A stretch of 64,000 bases of DNA from Antedon mediterranea (GCF_964355755.1 NC_092679.1:16475432-16539431), one strand, 5' to 3'. Shown: positions 37,463-50,434, counted from the stretch's first letter. Numbers and translations are program-made. Notes: generated by a model from the sequence alone, not told the origin.

Positions 37463-39690
37463 TTTTTAATTATTTGACATCAAACCTTCTAATAATACCA
37501 ATTTGTTGAAATTAAAACCACAGTTTCTACGATCCTACGTACCCACCTAGCGTTTAAACATGTGTGTCGTCTGATTTTTAATTGAACTTTGACACGAACT
37601 CACTCACTGGTTTCAACAATGAAAATGGCTTATAGACACTCGTAATCAATTTCGGCCACAGTTTTTTCCAATTAAAACCATTTTATTTGTGTTATTTATT
37701 TGTTTCATATTATTAGACCTATGTTGAGTTTAATTTTCAAGATTGCTAAAAGTATTATAAAACTACTTACACACTAGGCCTAATCATATAGTCTTTCTAC
37801 CCTCCCTAAATATTTGGCTTAATGAATAGACCTAACCTACTGAGAGCAATCTAGTTCAGTAAAAAGGGTAAACTTTGTACTGAAATGCTGAAAATAAAAA
37901 TAACATTTAGGTCTAGACGCGCAGAAACACTAACTCTATGAGATTATGTTGGGCTTTGAATGATAAACTATTACTTGTGGGTGACACGACGTGTACCCAT
38001 CATAGAGCACAATTATCTTCTTTGTTAAGAGAAGAAAGTATGTAATCCGTCATTTTCATAATCCATCGTGTCTGCCATTATTTTTGTCAAAAAAATAATA
38101 AAGTGTCATAATAATAAACATCATGAGACACAAAATCAACTTTTTAAGAAGCAGGCAGTTGTTTGTTTTCATTTTTATTTGGAAAAAAAAAACAAATTAT
38201 TTTGTCATAAATATACAATAGGAAGGTGGTTTACACATAAATATATTTGATATGCCTAAATGACTAAATACAGTAACATCTCCCATTAAATAGATTCTAG
38301 GAGAAACGCGATGTGAATTGTGTGCCATCGTGATATCATCCATGGTTGTCATTTTCGATATTTACAAGTCGACTATAAGATGTACACAGATAATTCTACT
38401 AATTTTCAGACACCGTCTGGTACGTAAATGGGGGATGTTACTGTGAGATATACTGTATATATAAAAAGAAGCTACGTTATGTTTTCCTAAAATGTAAAAA
38501 CCGTGAGTAGAACAGTAAGCAGCCTGCCAAATTTTCTTATACATAACACCACATACCTTAACTTATACGTGGCACAACACTGATATTAAATAAGTTATGG
38601 TCGAAAATGTGCTGGTCGGCGCCCCGTACAAAAGAGCGCCACTTTTTTTTCTAAATTGAATAATACTTATGGACGGATTTAAACATCGAAGAACGCCGAC
38701 AACATAATAATAACATTAAATACTAATATTGTATATTTCATAACATAAGTTATTCTTCGACCTGTCCCATTGATTCTGGTACTAAAACATTATGCAATGA
38801 AACGAAAATAAAGTTGGTTACTTTAGGAAAGAGTGATATTGCTTCCCTGGTTACTTCTCTAAATGGACCAAAGTTTTCAAAGCGGGTACATTTTATTTAA
38901 AAAAATTTGTTTTCATTTTTTTTTGGCACTACGTGATCTCAGGAGTGGTAGGCCTAATGATAATTTTACTTAAGTCACTTGGGTATATCACCCTCTACCG
39001 TAGTGAGTAAATATAATGAATATAAAAACCGATAGGACATAATAATTATAACATTAATGTCGGGAGTATTACGGCGCTTATATCCATTCATTTTACAAGA
39101 TGATCAAACACTGCAGAAGTTCTTAAATTTAATACAAACATTATCGAAATACCACCGGTGCCGTACTTAGGTAAATAATTACGGTATTCATAATTAATAA
39201 CTGCCCGGGAATGGAATGTTTTGTAATTAAATAAACATTATAATTTGCGTAGGATATAGGTAGGGCTACACGTTACGATTGGATTTTGGATCAATAAAAT
39301 CATTTAGACTGCATGTGTTTTAAAATGTATTCGGGTTTTGGTGTGTCCCCATTTCGGAGAGACCAAGACCTAGACGACCTAAATTCTCACTGAAAGTATA
39401 CGATGAAATGTCATAAATGTATTCATTTTAATTCAATTAAATCGTACCTTCAACACTGTATATACAAAATATAAATACAATACAAAAACTCAAGCGCTTC
39501 GTGTTCGATTATATATAAATAATATATGGATCATAAAAACGCATACAAAACATATTAAAAAAACTTAGGGCATAGTATAAAAAAAAGGTGAGGCTTCGGT
39601 TGCTTGTTCCGTTTATCAACCAATCACAGTACTCTCTTATAACTTTCAAGTTTCTGGGGGCGTAACATCTATGTGACGTCACCATAATGT

Positions 39691-40034
39691 TCAAATCTCT
39701 GTTGATCCATTTTCAAGATCTTTTGTCTGGTGATAACCATTAGTGCCCTTCCCATTCAGCTCTACGCCATTTAATACAATTTTACCCTCGTTAGAATTAT
39801 TGTCCAGAGTTCTAGAGGATGTTTCGCTAGTGGTCAAGGATGTCATTACGTCCGTTTCGTCTCCCATAGCGATCTGTATGGCGGGATCCACTTTGTACGT
39901 TGAAGACAGCTGTGCGTAGTATCGTCTGCGTAATTGATCTTCCGGGTCAATATTTCCCTCTAAGCGCCGATACCATATTGTAGCCATGATGTTAAAAAAA
40001 AACATTTCCACTACCGTAAGCAGGTTATCGATAT
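39691..40034 (-). CDS. SLC51A: organic solute transporter alpha-like, exon 7 (last)
   Basis: CAG|(Y)IDNLLTVVEMFFFNIMATIWYRR...TEI*; last TM helix with the E.F..YRR motif. Confidence 0.85.
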
Positions 40035-40823
40035 CTGTGAACGAACCACAAAAATAAAGTTAATTTACATCTATAAAAAATATTTCTTACAAAAAACGCC
40101 GCTCATCTCACGATAACTACCGTCTACATGCGTCTCAATATTTATTAGCAAATTAAAGTTTTCATAGACTCTCTTTTCCCAGACGTGCTTAGGGGCGTGC
40201 GTATGCGCATTCCGAGTTTTCAAATACCCATTTTTCCCGGCCGTAGTAAACTATAAGATCGCATGGTAACTGTTTCCGACTGCTTCCATTCTCTTGAATA
40301 TAACTGCCTAAAAGGAGCGGCGGGATAAATCAAGTAGGCCTATATCAGTGAAATTAAAGCAGTACATTTACACGATAACCCCATCTACAAAATGATGTCA
40401 ATGGGACCGGAAATATTGATTTAATGAGCGAAAAGTCTATGTTTGTTTACGATGATCATTGATTAGCATCTAGACAAACCCAGTTGAGAATGTGTAAACA
40501 AAAATGCGGTCTAAAGCTAATAAAACATTTTAAAAATTACTCGAAAATTGTGTCAAAATCAATGAGAACCTGTCGAGTGGAATCGTCTGAGAATTTCACT
40601 TCAAATACAACATGGCAACATCCGTATTTGTTATAATAAACTAATATTTATCTTATCATAATTACTATCTTCTCAATTAATTTCAGGTTCCATTTCATTT
40701 CATTCTTGCATGTGTCGAAAAGGATTTCCCCCAAACATCTCATTTAGTATACTAACGTAATAATTTGTCACCTTTTGTCATTGTTGGAATATGTCTTATC
40801 ACAAACCTATAGGCCTATCATTA

Positions 40824-41203
40824 CCGTATTTATTTCAATAAATGTCAGGCTCAGTTGAGTTTTTTATGAGGGCGTTTATTCGGGGGAGGCGTTTATTTTT
40901 TTAAAAATGTAATATGGCATAACATGATATGTATAATCAAATAAATACCCCCTAGATAAGAAATAAATAATTAATATCAGGAAGTGATGAAATACTGTAA
41001 AAAGTATATAAAATGTAGATCATGTCAATCAATGAATTCTAGCCTACTACAAATAGAATGTGTTGTAATGGAATAGTGTGTATTTAATGCATGTGGCGGG
41101 GCGTTTACTAAATTCGAGCAAATACAAAAAAAAAAACGCCCGGTGCGTTTATTTGAGGGGATTCTATTTATTCAATACGGGGCGTTTATTCGAATAAATA
41201 AGG
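40824..41203. mobile_element. Tc1/pogo-like MITE with CCG ends
   Basis: TA|CCGTATTTATTT.AATAAA...TTTATTCGAATAAATAAGG|TA; internal GGCGTTTATT repeats. Confidence 0.7.
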
Positions 41204-41358
41204 TAATTGAACTTGGAAGGAATATGTAAATATTTGGATGTTGTTGTTGAAAATGATTAAGATGTCTTAATAGGCCTACTATAAAAGAAATTCATGATTA
41301 TGGTATAAATATAAGCAGTGAACATTACGTAAGAAATAAGCATAAATACTTTACGTAC

Positions 41359-41611
41359 AACTTCCTCGCATTCTTGCTGAAAACGGGTATCGACATGTTA
41401 TAACATTGGCTGATAATAATATCGCTATTAGTATACTTTGAGTGGTGGTCAGCACAAGAGCCAACTGGACAGTGAAGAACTTTGGCGTAATCTTAAAATT
41501 CTTCAGCGGCTCTTTGCATAGTCTAAATAAAATAATGATTCCATTCAACGCAATCAGAGTTGATAATAAAGACGCTATTTGGAAGAAGATGAAAGGCTCG
41601 TGCAATCCTAT
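41359..41611 (-). CDS. SLC51A: SLC51A-like exon 6
   Basis: IGLHEPF...STLIALNG...KFFTVQLALVLTTTQ...ITCRYPFSARMRGS, similar to OSTalpha KF..Q...Q and C.PP.S...R motifs. Confidence 0.88.
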
Positions 41612-42366
41612 CTGTTGAGAGATAAACCAAGACCACGTGTTAATTAATGTTCATTTAATTAAATTCACTACTAAAAGACACTTGAGTTTATGACTTACGA
41701 CAAATAGGAGAAATTGATTTAACGCGTGTTTTACGGCATTTGGCATTTATTCCTGTTTTCCAAACAGTCGTATAATGAACAAGCCAAATGCCAAACCACT
41801 AACATTAACAATGGTTAATTTAGTTTGGTAAAGTGGGCAATTATATTAACGAAATAATAATTGAAATGAACTTTAATCAATCGATCGATTACATTGAACA
41901 TTTTGCGTGTGATAAAATACAATGCAATATTGGACAGTCCAAATACTTTCGTCAACATCGACGTCAACATCGTCAAATTAAGTTTGTTTTACAAGTTAAT
42001 TTGTATACCCCACAAGCTATATTGTCACCATAAAATACAATGAATTACTACTCTGTGGTTTTATTTCATGAGTTCTACGAACTGTTTTAAGAATTCTAGG
42101 CCTATATACGCAGATGTTTATACAGGCCCATGTCACGCGTGCACAAGCATTCCAATATGATATGGAACGCGCTATAATAAAGATGGTAACATAATAATGT
42201 AAATTGGTCTTAACAAGGTCTACAGAAAAAATTGTAGAAAAACACAGAAGAGAAGAAAATTATCATGGCAGACTACGACACCATATGTAGGAAGGTGTTC
42301 AATTGTCTGAGAAGGAGGTATACAATCTATGCAAATCTATGCAAATTTACGCTAATGAGTGATTAC

Positions 42367-42490
42367 CTTTCCAGGTTTATACGATCCATTCGTCCAGAGC
42401 ACTGTTGCAACAAACCACAGAATCGGTTTGAGAACGGCAACTTGTAAAACTGCTGCTTTTATTATACGGACTATTTGTAACAAATTACCC
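42367..42490 (-). CDS. SLC51A: SLC51A-like exon 5
   Basis: CAG|..VLQVAVLKPILWFVATVLWTNGSYKPGK|GTAATC, phases 2/0 consistent. Confidence 0.88.
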
Positions 42491-43184
42491 CTGTAAAACA
42501 AGTTAATATAGTTTTGATAAATTAGTACGATAAAATCCATGTATAGAAATATACAGCTTGATATAACTGTTGTGACCCGTTTACCAAATTGAGGAACTGG
42601 GTCAAAACTGATTCAGTGCTCGGGCTTTTTGAAACCAAAATGGCCCACAAAGCTTGTTACGAGAGTTTGTAACGAGTTTTCCTTAGAAAGTATTCGTGGT
42701 TTTACTGATAGATGCATGGGACGCTTATAAACAACGTCGAAGCTATTCTTCTCTTTGTGGAAAACTCTCCAGTCACGTGGCCAAACATTGTATTTCTTGT
42801 ATAGAATTGTCATTAGGCCTAAGTGTTTGTTAAAGGTAGTGTGTAGTAGGGTACATAAAAGAAGAAATAGCTAGGATAGAGGTACTAAAGTTGGTACATC
42901 TTTGTGAATCAACCATTAAACCCAATGAGTAATCGTAATTAAGTTTTAGTATTCTGGGTGAAAGTTAAAATACAATTATACATTGACGATAGATAATTAA
43001 CAATTATGTGAACGTGATATATATAGGAAAATTAAAGTTAATAGTACCAGTAGTATTGTACTATAGAGGCAATTTAATCTCTGCTGTCTTCTCCATATGG
43101 ATGCTATCTCTATCTAAAATGATGGATGGATGTTCGATAATGTAACTAAACCTGATGATCTTTTGATCTGAATTTCGTTTCTTA

Positions 43185-43540
43185 CGCTTGGTTCCCACTG
43201 AAGCGTGGTTCCCACTAGAACGCAACGCAACGTAACGCAGCGACGTATCGACGCAAAGTACTGTATTGCGTAATCACAAGTGGGAACCGACGATGCAACA
43301 GTGCTGCAAAAATCACAGGTTTGATTTCACGCAGGCGGGGGAAAACACAATTATTGGAAGGGAATGTTCTTACGTTGCGTAGGTTGCGTTACGTTGCGTC
43401 GCTAGTGAGAACCAAGCTTTAGACGCAACGCAAGGACGTAGACGCAACGCAAACGAGTTGACCAATGACAAGCGACAGTCGAATAAATCCATCGCTTGTG
43501 ATTGGTCAAATACCTTACGTTGCGTCGTGGGAACCAAGCA
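43185..43540. mobile_element. family B MITE with a second B-type MITE (43202-43418) nested in its left TIR
   Basis: outer TTA...TTA TSD; inner TIR AGCGTGGTTCCCACTAG/CTAGTGAGAACCAAGCT. Confidence 0.88.
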
Positions 43541-43781
43541 TTAATGAACAAATCCAAGTTTTTCTCGTAACCAGTACTTTTGGAAAGGGTGATAGGCAAT
43601 CAATGGTACTAAAGAAACCCAGTAGACGTTCGAATGCTAATGCCAATTATGGTGGAATGGAAAGAGTGAAAATCAAAATGCATTAATGGTAGGCCTTACA
43701 GAAGAAACCCCAGACGACCTTTGAACTGTACAAGTTGTCAGTATCATCAAATACAACTAACAGTAAACAAATTAAACCTAC

Positions 43782-43943
43782 TCTGTAATAGGAATTTTGG
43801 GTAGACAGCATGATGCGAAGATAAGTAAAGGTGGACTGCCAAGGGGTAGAATGCTGCCTTTAAGTAGACGCCTCATGTTGTCTCTCGTCTTGAAATAACC
43901 GGTAATTAGCATCACGAATTGTAGTAAACTCACTGAAAGATAC
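43782..43943 (-). CDS. SLC51A: SLC51A-like exon 4
   Basis: TAG|YLSVSLLQFVMLITGYF...PPLLIFASCCLPKIPIT|GTAGGT, phase 2/2. Confidence 0.85.
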
Positions 43944-44056
43944 CTAAAGTTTGCAAACAAAAATAAGTGTTATACAATTATATAGTATGCTAAAAAGAGT
44001 ATAAGGCCTACAGGGGAAGGGAGGGGTGAGCAGGATGGTGTATAAGGGTGCTCTTT

Positions 44057-44229
44057 CGATCGGCGTAACGCAGAGGCCTGGAAGCGCGCCCGGGTGGAAG
44101 CCTCAGGCGCTTTTAGCCTTTTTCGACATAATTGAATGCCTGTCCTCTGGGCCCTGCTCATGGGCCCCCATAAACTGTGGGGACCCTGGGTTTAGCCACC
44201 AATGAGCGCTTATATCCGTTACGCCACTG
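44057..44229. mobile_element. hAT-like MITE
   Basis: right end AGCGCTTATATCCGTTACGCCACTG also at 23843-23867; left GGCGTAACG. Confidence 0.55.
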
Positions 44230-45504
44230 CGGTCGAACGTCTTTAAGTTTTCGTTTTATTGTAGGATTAATGCATTGTAATTTATAGACACTGCCGACGG
44301 TTCTTGTCACGTTAGAATGAACAGAAGTCTCCCCCACCCCCTAAATTTGTCATTACTACGATTTCAAACCAAAATGTAGCACATTAAGTTAAGTTAAGTT
44401 CAGCATTTCGACATAAGAAAACCGCCTTTTTTTGTTGCGCGATAGGCCTAACCTTTTTGCAGTAAGCAATTAATTTCTTGTCTGATCTTGGACGATATCA
44501 ATAAATTAGTCGATATCAATTACGTTGCTAATTACTTTGGTAGCTGACACTAATTACACGCTCAGTATCAACTTACAACATGTTACAACATTGTACAGTA
44601 TGGTGGCAAATCAGGTTCCTTATTGGAAGTTCAATGTATACAGAGTTCAGTTATAACCAAAAAAATAATAAATCCGACTGTACAGTGCTTGACAATGTGT
44701 CCGGAATATAGGCTACCAACACGTTCACACGTAACGTTCATTTTATACGAATGTAAATTACAAGAAAAATATATAATTACTTTGGATGTTTCTAGAATAA
44801 CGTTGTCCAGTCTATTTTTAATATACGGCATTTGAAAATTTAATATAATCACGGTTCGCGTTTAAATTATTTAAAACCTCGGGGTATTTGGGAATTGATT
44901 TCACACCGAAAGGATTGACCTGTAATGACCCACTGTTTATTTATTGCATCAGAAAATATAATATTCAAAAGCACTAAATAAATAAATAACTGAATTATAA
45001 GCAAAATCTCATGTGGTTTAGAGTCGGAATAATTTTGTTTCAAGATTTCAATATTGACAGGTCATAAAATATACAATTAGACTTAATGTATTTTTAATGG
45101 TTGTACAAACTAAATGATTTATTACTATATAGGTCCCATGTGAAACAAGTTTCTCAATTCGAAAGTGAAGGGCTGCAGATTTGGAAAACACGCGTTAAAA
45201 CGCTGTAGAGTCGAAATGTCATTATCTGTACGCTCAGAAACACATCAGCATGCGCAGAATGACTATTAGACTCAATAGCCGTGAATCATGATGACATAAT
45301 ACTATTATGGATTGAAAACATTGATGGTATTAAGTAAATTATATAAAAATGGGACTTCTAGGATTTGGAGTGGTAGTACGTGGGTTACATGTACTATAGT
45401 AAGGCTATTCGGGAAACAGGCCTTTAAAGTAAAATGTGTAAAGGAAATTGGTCTTGATTGATGATATTAACCAAAATGGCTGTGTTACTCGAAACATTTC
45501 ATTT

Positions 45505-45850
45505 TATTTACTTAATTAGTACTGTAGTGACTCCGTATCAAAAGAAAGTCTTTAAGGTTGTGTTTTAAACACTTTCACTCCATATATGGTTGGTTTTCAA
45601 TTGATCATTGCAACAGTTAGTAGAGAGAAGTCATTAACTTTCGATGCATAAGATCGAACTCAAATTTCATTTTATTTACTTAATTAGTACTGTATAGTGG
45701 CTCCGTACAAAAACTAACAAAATAAAGTCTTTAAGATTATGTTTTAAACATACATTCACTCTGTATATGTTAATGAAAATTGTCAATTGATATTGCAACG
45801 GTTTTAGTAGAGAAGCAATTACCGGTAACTTTCGATGCATGGATCGAACT
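45505..45850. repeat. degenerate tandem duplication of about 170 bp
   Basis: TTACTTAATTAGTACTGTA..CTCCGTA..AAGTCTTTAAG..AACTTTCGATGCAT..GATCGAACT occurs twice. Confidence 0.8.
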
Positions 45851-46190
45851 AAATCATAAAATAATATCATAATACTTTTATAATAATTCATAATTCCATT
45901 TTTCAAGTTTAATTTCAACTTTCCCAGTTTTTTGCAAGCTGGTCACTTCGCGAACAATACAGTAGAACCTCCTTTGGGACACCAATAATAATTAAACCAT
46001 TTTTTAATTTTTTAAATTATTTTTATTTTATTCATTTCGGCAATAGACATGATGAACCTTACAAAACATAGAAATATAAATTATAAAAGTAGAAGACGAA
46101 GCCGAGGAGAGACAAACGCATTAAAAACGCTGTCACCGGTAGGATGAATCTTTCTAACACAGAAAATGACTAACTACATAGAAAATATAC

Positions 46191-46219
46191 CATGGACCTA
46201 TTAGTAGTATAGGTCCATG
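46191..46219. mobile_element. 29-bp CATGGA-ended palindrome with decayed 7-bp TSD
   Basis: AATATAC|CATGGACCTAT-TAGTAGT-ATAGGTCCATG|ATTAAAC (flanks 5/7 identical). Confidence 0.5.
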
Positions 46220-46502
46220 ATTAAACGGAACGGAGCGGAAATATGCGTATGTTTTAACACACGGCGAAACCATATTCCAAAACCTATTAAGAAAACACTT
46301 TGCTGGGTCGCCCAGATGGTGTCCCTTTAATAGAGACATACGGTAGTCTGGAATATTTTCTAATTTAAAGTGTGACTCCTGTACAGCTTTTATTAACTAT
46401 ATTATAGGTTACAATATTTAATTTACTTTTTTAATAATGTGTAACAAAATGAAAGTATCTCATTCGATTTTTATTTTTTGTTTTGGTGAAGGAAACTCTA
46501 TT

Positions 46503-46798
46503 ATGTATTGTCCCCCAGAAAAAACATAATTCTTAATTCTTAATCCACTTTGACCAAAAATTGGATCGAAAAAAAATGTTTTACCTAAAAAACTGTAATT
46601 GAAAGTCAAATTGACTGCCAGTCATTGGTTTTTGGTTGAAATTAACCATTTATTTTGTCATTTTAGAAGTGGCAACATCAAATTTTTCCGGGTTTTTTTT
46701 CTACAGAAGTGATTAAAACTACAATATTATTAATATATTCAAAGTCTGATTTTATTAATCTTAATTTTTCATGTTTTAGGGGACAATATTATTATCTT
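46503..46798. mobile_element. Kolobok-like MITE, copy of 4659-4964
   Basis: shared AATTGGATC, CTACAGAAGTGATTAA and ATATTCAAAGTCTGATTT blocks; ends ATCT|TTAA. Confidence 0.7.
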
Positions 46799-46874
46799 TA
46801 ACGAAACTGACAATAAGATCAATGGATTCAATCGTAAAATATCTTGGTAGAATAAAAACAACTATGGTTCTTAC

Positions 46875-46948
46875 ACTTGAGCAGAGAATCTTGCCACCAA
46901 AGATGCTCGAGGGACGTAGAGAGAAATCAAAGATGTTGTTGAGAATAC
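46875..46948 (-). CDS. SLC51A: SLC51A-like exon 3
   Basis: CAG|VFSTTSLISLYVPRASLVARFSAQ(V)|GTAAGA; conserved PR motif; not in ORF track. Confidence 0.85.
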
Positions 46949-47547
46949 CTGTAGAGAAAGAGACACGTTTAAGTCGTAATACTATCTTCGTAACAATAAT
47001 TATAAGGCTTAGCATTACACAATTTATTCTCGTTTTGCTTCTAGCAAGTATACGTGTTTATAATATTGGACAGTTATTCAGATAAAATATGCTGATAAAA
47101 ATCTAATACGGTATCAGTTTGCGATTGTTGTTCTATCATGTCAGCCAATGTAATTCATCAACAACATCACGTACCATTCTCATATCTTTCTTATATTCTA
47201 ATTTATACGTAACTGTATTACAATTTGTTCCGTATTTTGATACAACGTTCATGTTTTTCACATGCTATCAGGAATTATTTAAAATTTGCTGTAAAACTCA
47301 GCTGACATTTATGTGACTTATGGATGTGCCTGGATACACATATAAATAAGCTATAGTTGACTCCAGGATTAATGCAGTTACCGCACCAAAACTGTATTCA
47401 TAGTCTTATATTCACGTAGGAGGACGAGTGGCTAAAGAGACATTTTGAAGCGCGCGTGAAACAACGGCAAACCGATACAGATTTTTCTTTATACGCGCCT
47501 TTTGTCCCTTTGCGCCCATACTTATTCATCACTAATTATGAAATTAA

Positions 47548-47675
47548 GGCTCTGTCTACACTATCAAACTTTTTGTGACAAAAAAAATGTGATGTGCCCA
47601 TATATGGACATGATGATGTCATATCACTACCATATCTGTTTTTGTCACATAAAGTTTGATAGTGTAAACAGAGCT
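47548..47675. mobile_element. MITE family A, 25 bp from an SLC51A donor site
   Basis: GCTCTGTCTACACTATCAAACT...AGTTTGATAGTGTAAACAGAGCT. Confidence 0.85.
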
Positions 47676-47700
47676 TTCGAAGTATAAATGTCCAACTCAC

Positions 47701-47858
47701 TGGATAGATACCCATTATGAAAGACAACTGGACTTTCCGACGACTGGCTATTTTTCTGCAAACGAAAACCTCTCCTTCCATGAAAACTACGAAAGTTATA
47801 ATCGACAAAATAGTTGCTACTACCAAGGTTATTGTCGCGGCATAATTCCCGTCAATTG
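47701..47858 (-). CDS. SLC51A: SLC51A-like exon 2
   Basis: CAG|(A)IDGNYAATITLVVATILSIITFVVFMEG...IMGIYP|GTGAGT. Confidence 0.85.
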
Positions 47859-48928
47859 CTGTGAAAGAAGCAGAAAAAGATGATATAAATAGTTACCAAT
47901 ATTCATAACTTACCTGCATTTTATCATGTATGTTACTTAATACATAATCAACAGGTGGCTTCGAGAGACTATGACTCGGGTTTGTATAAAGGAACATTAG
48001 GCCAATATTTGTTCAGTCAAAGGCAAATTCCTTAATACAGACCTGATGTGTACCATAGGCCTACCTGTATCATAAAGTTGTCTATGATACAGGCGTCTAT
48101 GGAACACATGTGATATTGTATCATGGAATTTGCCTATGATATTTGAAACATTTAGATACTAGAATCGGTTAGATGGTTTTAATAGAGACATTCTATTCTC
48201 GAAAAACCATGTACTGGTAAAGTTTGCGGCCAATCAACGCGGAAATAATTAGGACGCGAAAATTAAGGGCTCCAAAAACAAGCCGGGTTTCTGGATATAT
48301 TTTACATAGAGAATATAAAAGTTTCTCTATTAAACAATCATGTTATTTTAGTCTATTTACAAGCCATGCATTACTAAATATACGAAGCTTCGCCAACAAT
48401 AGTACATGTCAACATCAAAGTCAGAACAAATTTACACTGTCTATAGGACGAGTCAATACAAATTTCTTAAAAAGAAGTTAAAATCGATGGGTGGTGTACT
48501 TGATGGATTAGTAGAGACCGTTAAAAAAAAGAGTATCCACTATTGGAAAACTGGAGCCTATTTATGGCAATTCAAGTCCGCCAAAAGTCCTCTGCAATCC
48601 AAGGACTTGACTTGCCATACCTATGCCAACATAATTCGTAGGCCCTAGTTTCTACAGTCAATTGTGTTCGATAAAAGTGAACTCGGTCGTAGTAAATTCT
48701 ATATACTGCAGGATATGGTCCATAATATTCAGTAGCTACGAGTACTTTAAAATACAATTTAAGTAGGAGGAAAAGGAGTAATTATTAATATTTATTAACC
48801 AAGTAATTCAATTTCGCTACTGTACTGTAACGGAAGATTATTGCTCTCCTTCAAACAGGGCTGAACTTCCTTTCGTGTTTTATCTATTTATGTCCAAGGA
48901 GGCTCATTGCAGTACTCTACTGATCTTA

Positions 48929-49140
48929 AGCTTGGTTCCCACTAGCGACACAACGTAACGCAACGTAAGTAAATGCCCTTCTAATAATTGTGTTTTCCCC
49001 CCGCCTGCGTGGATCAAACCTGCGATGTTTGCAGCACTATCGCGTCGTCGGTTCCCACTTGTGATTACGAAATACAGCACTTTGTGTCAAAACGTCGATG
49101 CGTTGCGTTACGTTACGTTGCGTTGCTAGTGGGAACCACT
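48929..49140. mobile_element. family B MITE, subtype of 43202-43418
   Basis: TTA|AGCTTGGTTCCCACTAG...CTAGTGGGAACCAC. Confidence 0.85.
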
Positions 49141-49333
49141 TTCTTTCGTGTTTTATCTATTCATGTCTTCATTCAATGAGGCTCATTAACAGTAACTCTG
49201 CTACGTAACGCAATTTACGCAACGTAAGAACATGTTCTTCAAATAATTGTGTTTGCCCCCGCTTAAATCTCGAAGCCACAACATTGAAAGTAGGCTAATG
49301 AAAAGGAGATAAGTAAAAACAAGATATACTTAC

Positions 49334-49403
49334 CCTTAATAAGTTCTGACGTTGTTGGATCTTCAAACTGCAACGAGCAATTAAAGACGTCTTCGGATGC
49401 CAT
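49334..49403 (-). CDS. SLC51A: SLC51A-like exon 1
   Basis: AACATGG start context; MASEDVFNCSLQFEDPTTSELIK|GTAAGT, phase 1 matches exon 2; spliced CDS 1185 nt with no internal stop. Confidence 0.8.
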
Positions 49404-49471
49404 GTTGGAAGAAGTAACTGCAGCCTAGCGTGCAAATGAGGTCCCTTATTCTGAGGAATAAAGTGTGTACA

Positions 49472-49478
49472 TTTTATA
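49472..49478 (-). promoter_or_regulatory. candidate TATA box of the SLC51A-like gene
   Basis: TATAAAA about 70 bp upstream of ATG; weak evidence in AT-rich DNA. Confidence 0.25.
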
Positions 49479-49569
49479 ATAGTTTTCCTTTATACAAGTA
49501 CACTCGCTCATTCTCATTTGCCGGTAATTAGACCTCGAGTCTCATAAATTCAGACTAACTGTTTGTGTT

Positions 49570-49820
49570 TACTGACATTACAGCACTGGATGCATTATGG
49601 TAAATACATATTTAACAAGCTGTTCTCTCTATGCGAAGCAACAGCCACTCACAGGGCACGCTTTAATAAGAAAACATCTTACACAATTGGAACGTCTTCT
49701 AGTCAAAGTTTCAAATGTAGACCGGGTATTCATCCGTCCTATACAATCCTACATGCGGGGGAAGTTTGTAATGGTGTCAGCCAGTCAATTGCGGACACGA
49801 AGAGTACACAGAAATAACCC
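49570..49820 (+). mobile_element. decayed LINE (CR1/L2-like) ORF2 fragment, post-RT region
   Basis: VFIRPIQSY.....SASQLRTRRVHR resembles the FIRP.LEY...W......LERVQ motif. Confidence 0.35.
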
Positions 49821-50089
49821 AATATTAAACATATGGTGTTTAGTACTTAGAACAATACGGATTGATTGTATGTAAACATGATAGCCGTTTATAATTACCA
49901 TACAACCAAAAAACTCATCCCCGTCGTACGTCTATCATATCATAAATTAATTCATTAATTGACCTTTGTATTGTAACAGGAATAAATCCATCAGCACGTT
50001 GCTTTAGATAAAGAATGTTAATTAGGTAATATATAAATGGTTTTGTGTTAAGCAAACAGTTGATGTGTGTATCGTGTCGTTTTTTGCGC

Positions 50090-50280
50090 ATCGCGTTCGT
50101 TATTTCATTCGATTTGCGAAGGCCTTGGTGTGAGTTGGCATACGAGGGCATTTGGGAAGCTTCCACACTCGATTCCTCAAAAACATTGTTGGAGGATTCA
50201 AATAATGTGCAGGCCCTATGTTATAACAGATTGAGAGCTCCCACCAATGAGCGGTGGTACATGTTCACATCGTCTGATAT
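50090..50280 (+). mobile_element. decayed LINE reverse-transcriptase fragment
   Basis: across frameshifts ISFDL..KA...WH....GKLP resembles LDISKAFDRVWH.GL..KL. Confidence 0.4.
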
Positions 50281-50311
50281 TATCACGAATATAATACTGT
50301 ACAACATATAA

Positions 50312-50434
50312 AGCTCTATCTACACTAACAAGTGTGATGTGCCCAAATATGGTAGTGATATGACATCATCATGTCCATATACGTTATGAGTATATCACAT
50401 TTTTTGTCACATAAAATTTGATTTAGACAGAGCT
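50312..50434. mobile_element. MITE family A
   Basis: TAA|AGCTCTATCTACACTA...TAGACAGAGCT. Confidence 0.75.

Noticed and set aside
37559-37564. E-box CACATG upstream of PNO1 as a Myc site
   Set aside because: A single non-canonical hexamer; plausible but not supportable from sequence alone.
46822-47085. Plus-strand 87-aa ORF
   Set aside because: Antisense shadow of SLC51A exon 3 with no recognisable product.
48305-48331. CATAGAGAA...TTCTCTATT as another CATRGA palindrome
   Set aside because: Terminal mismatch and no 7-bp flanking duplication.
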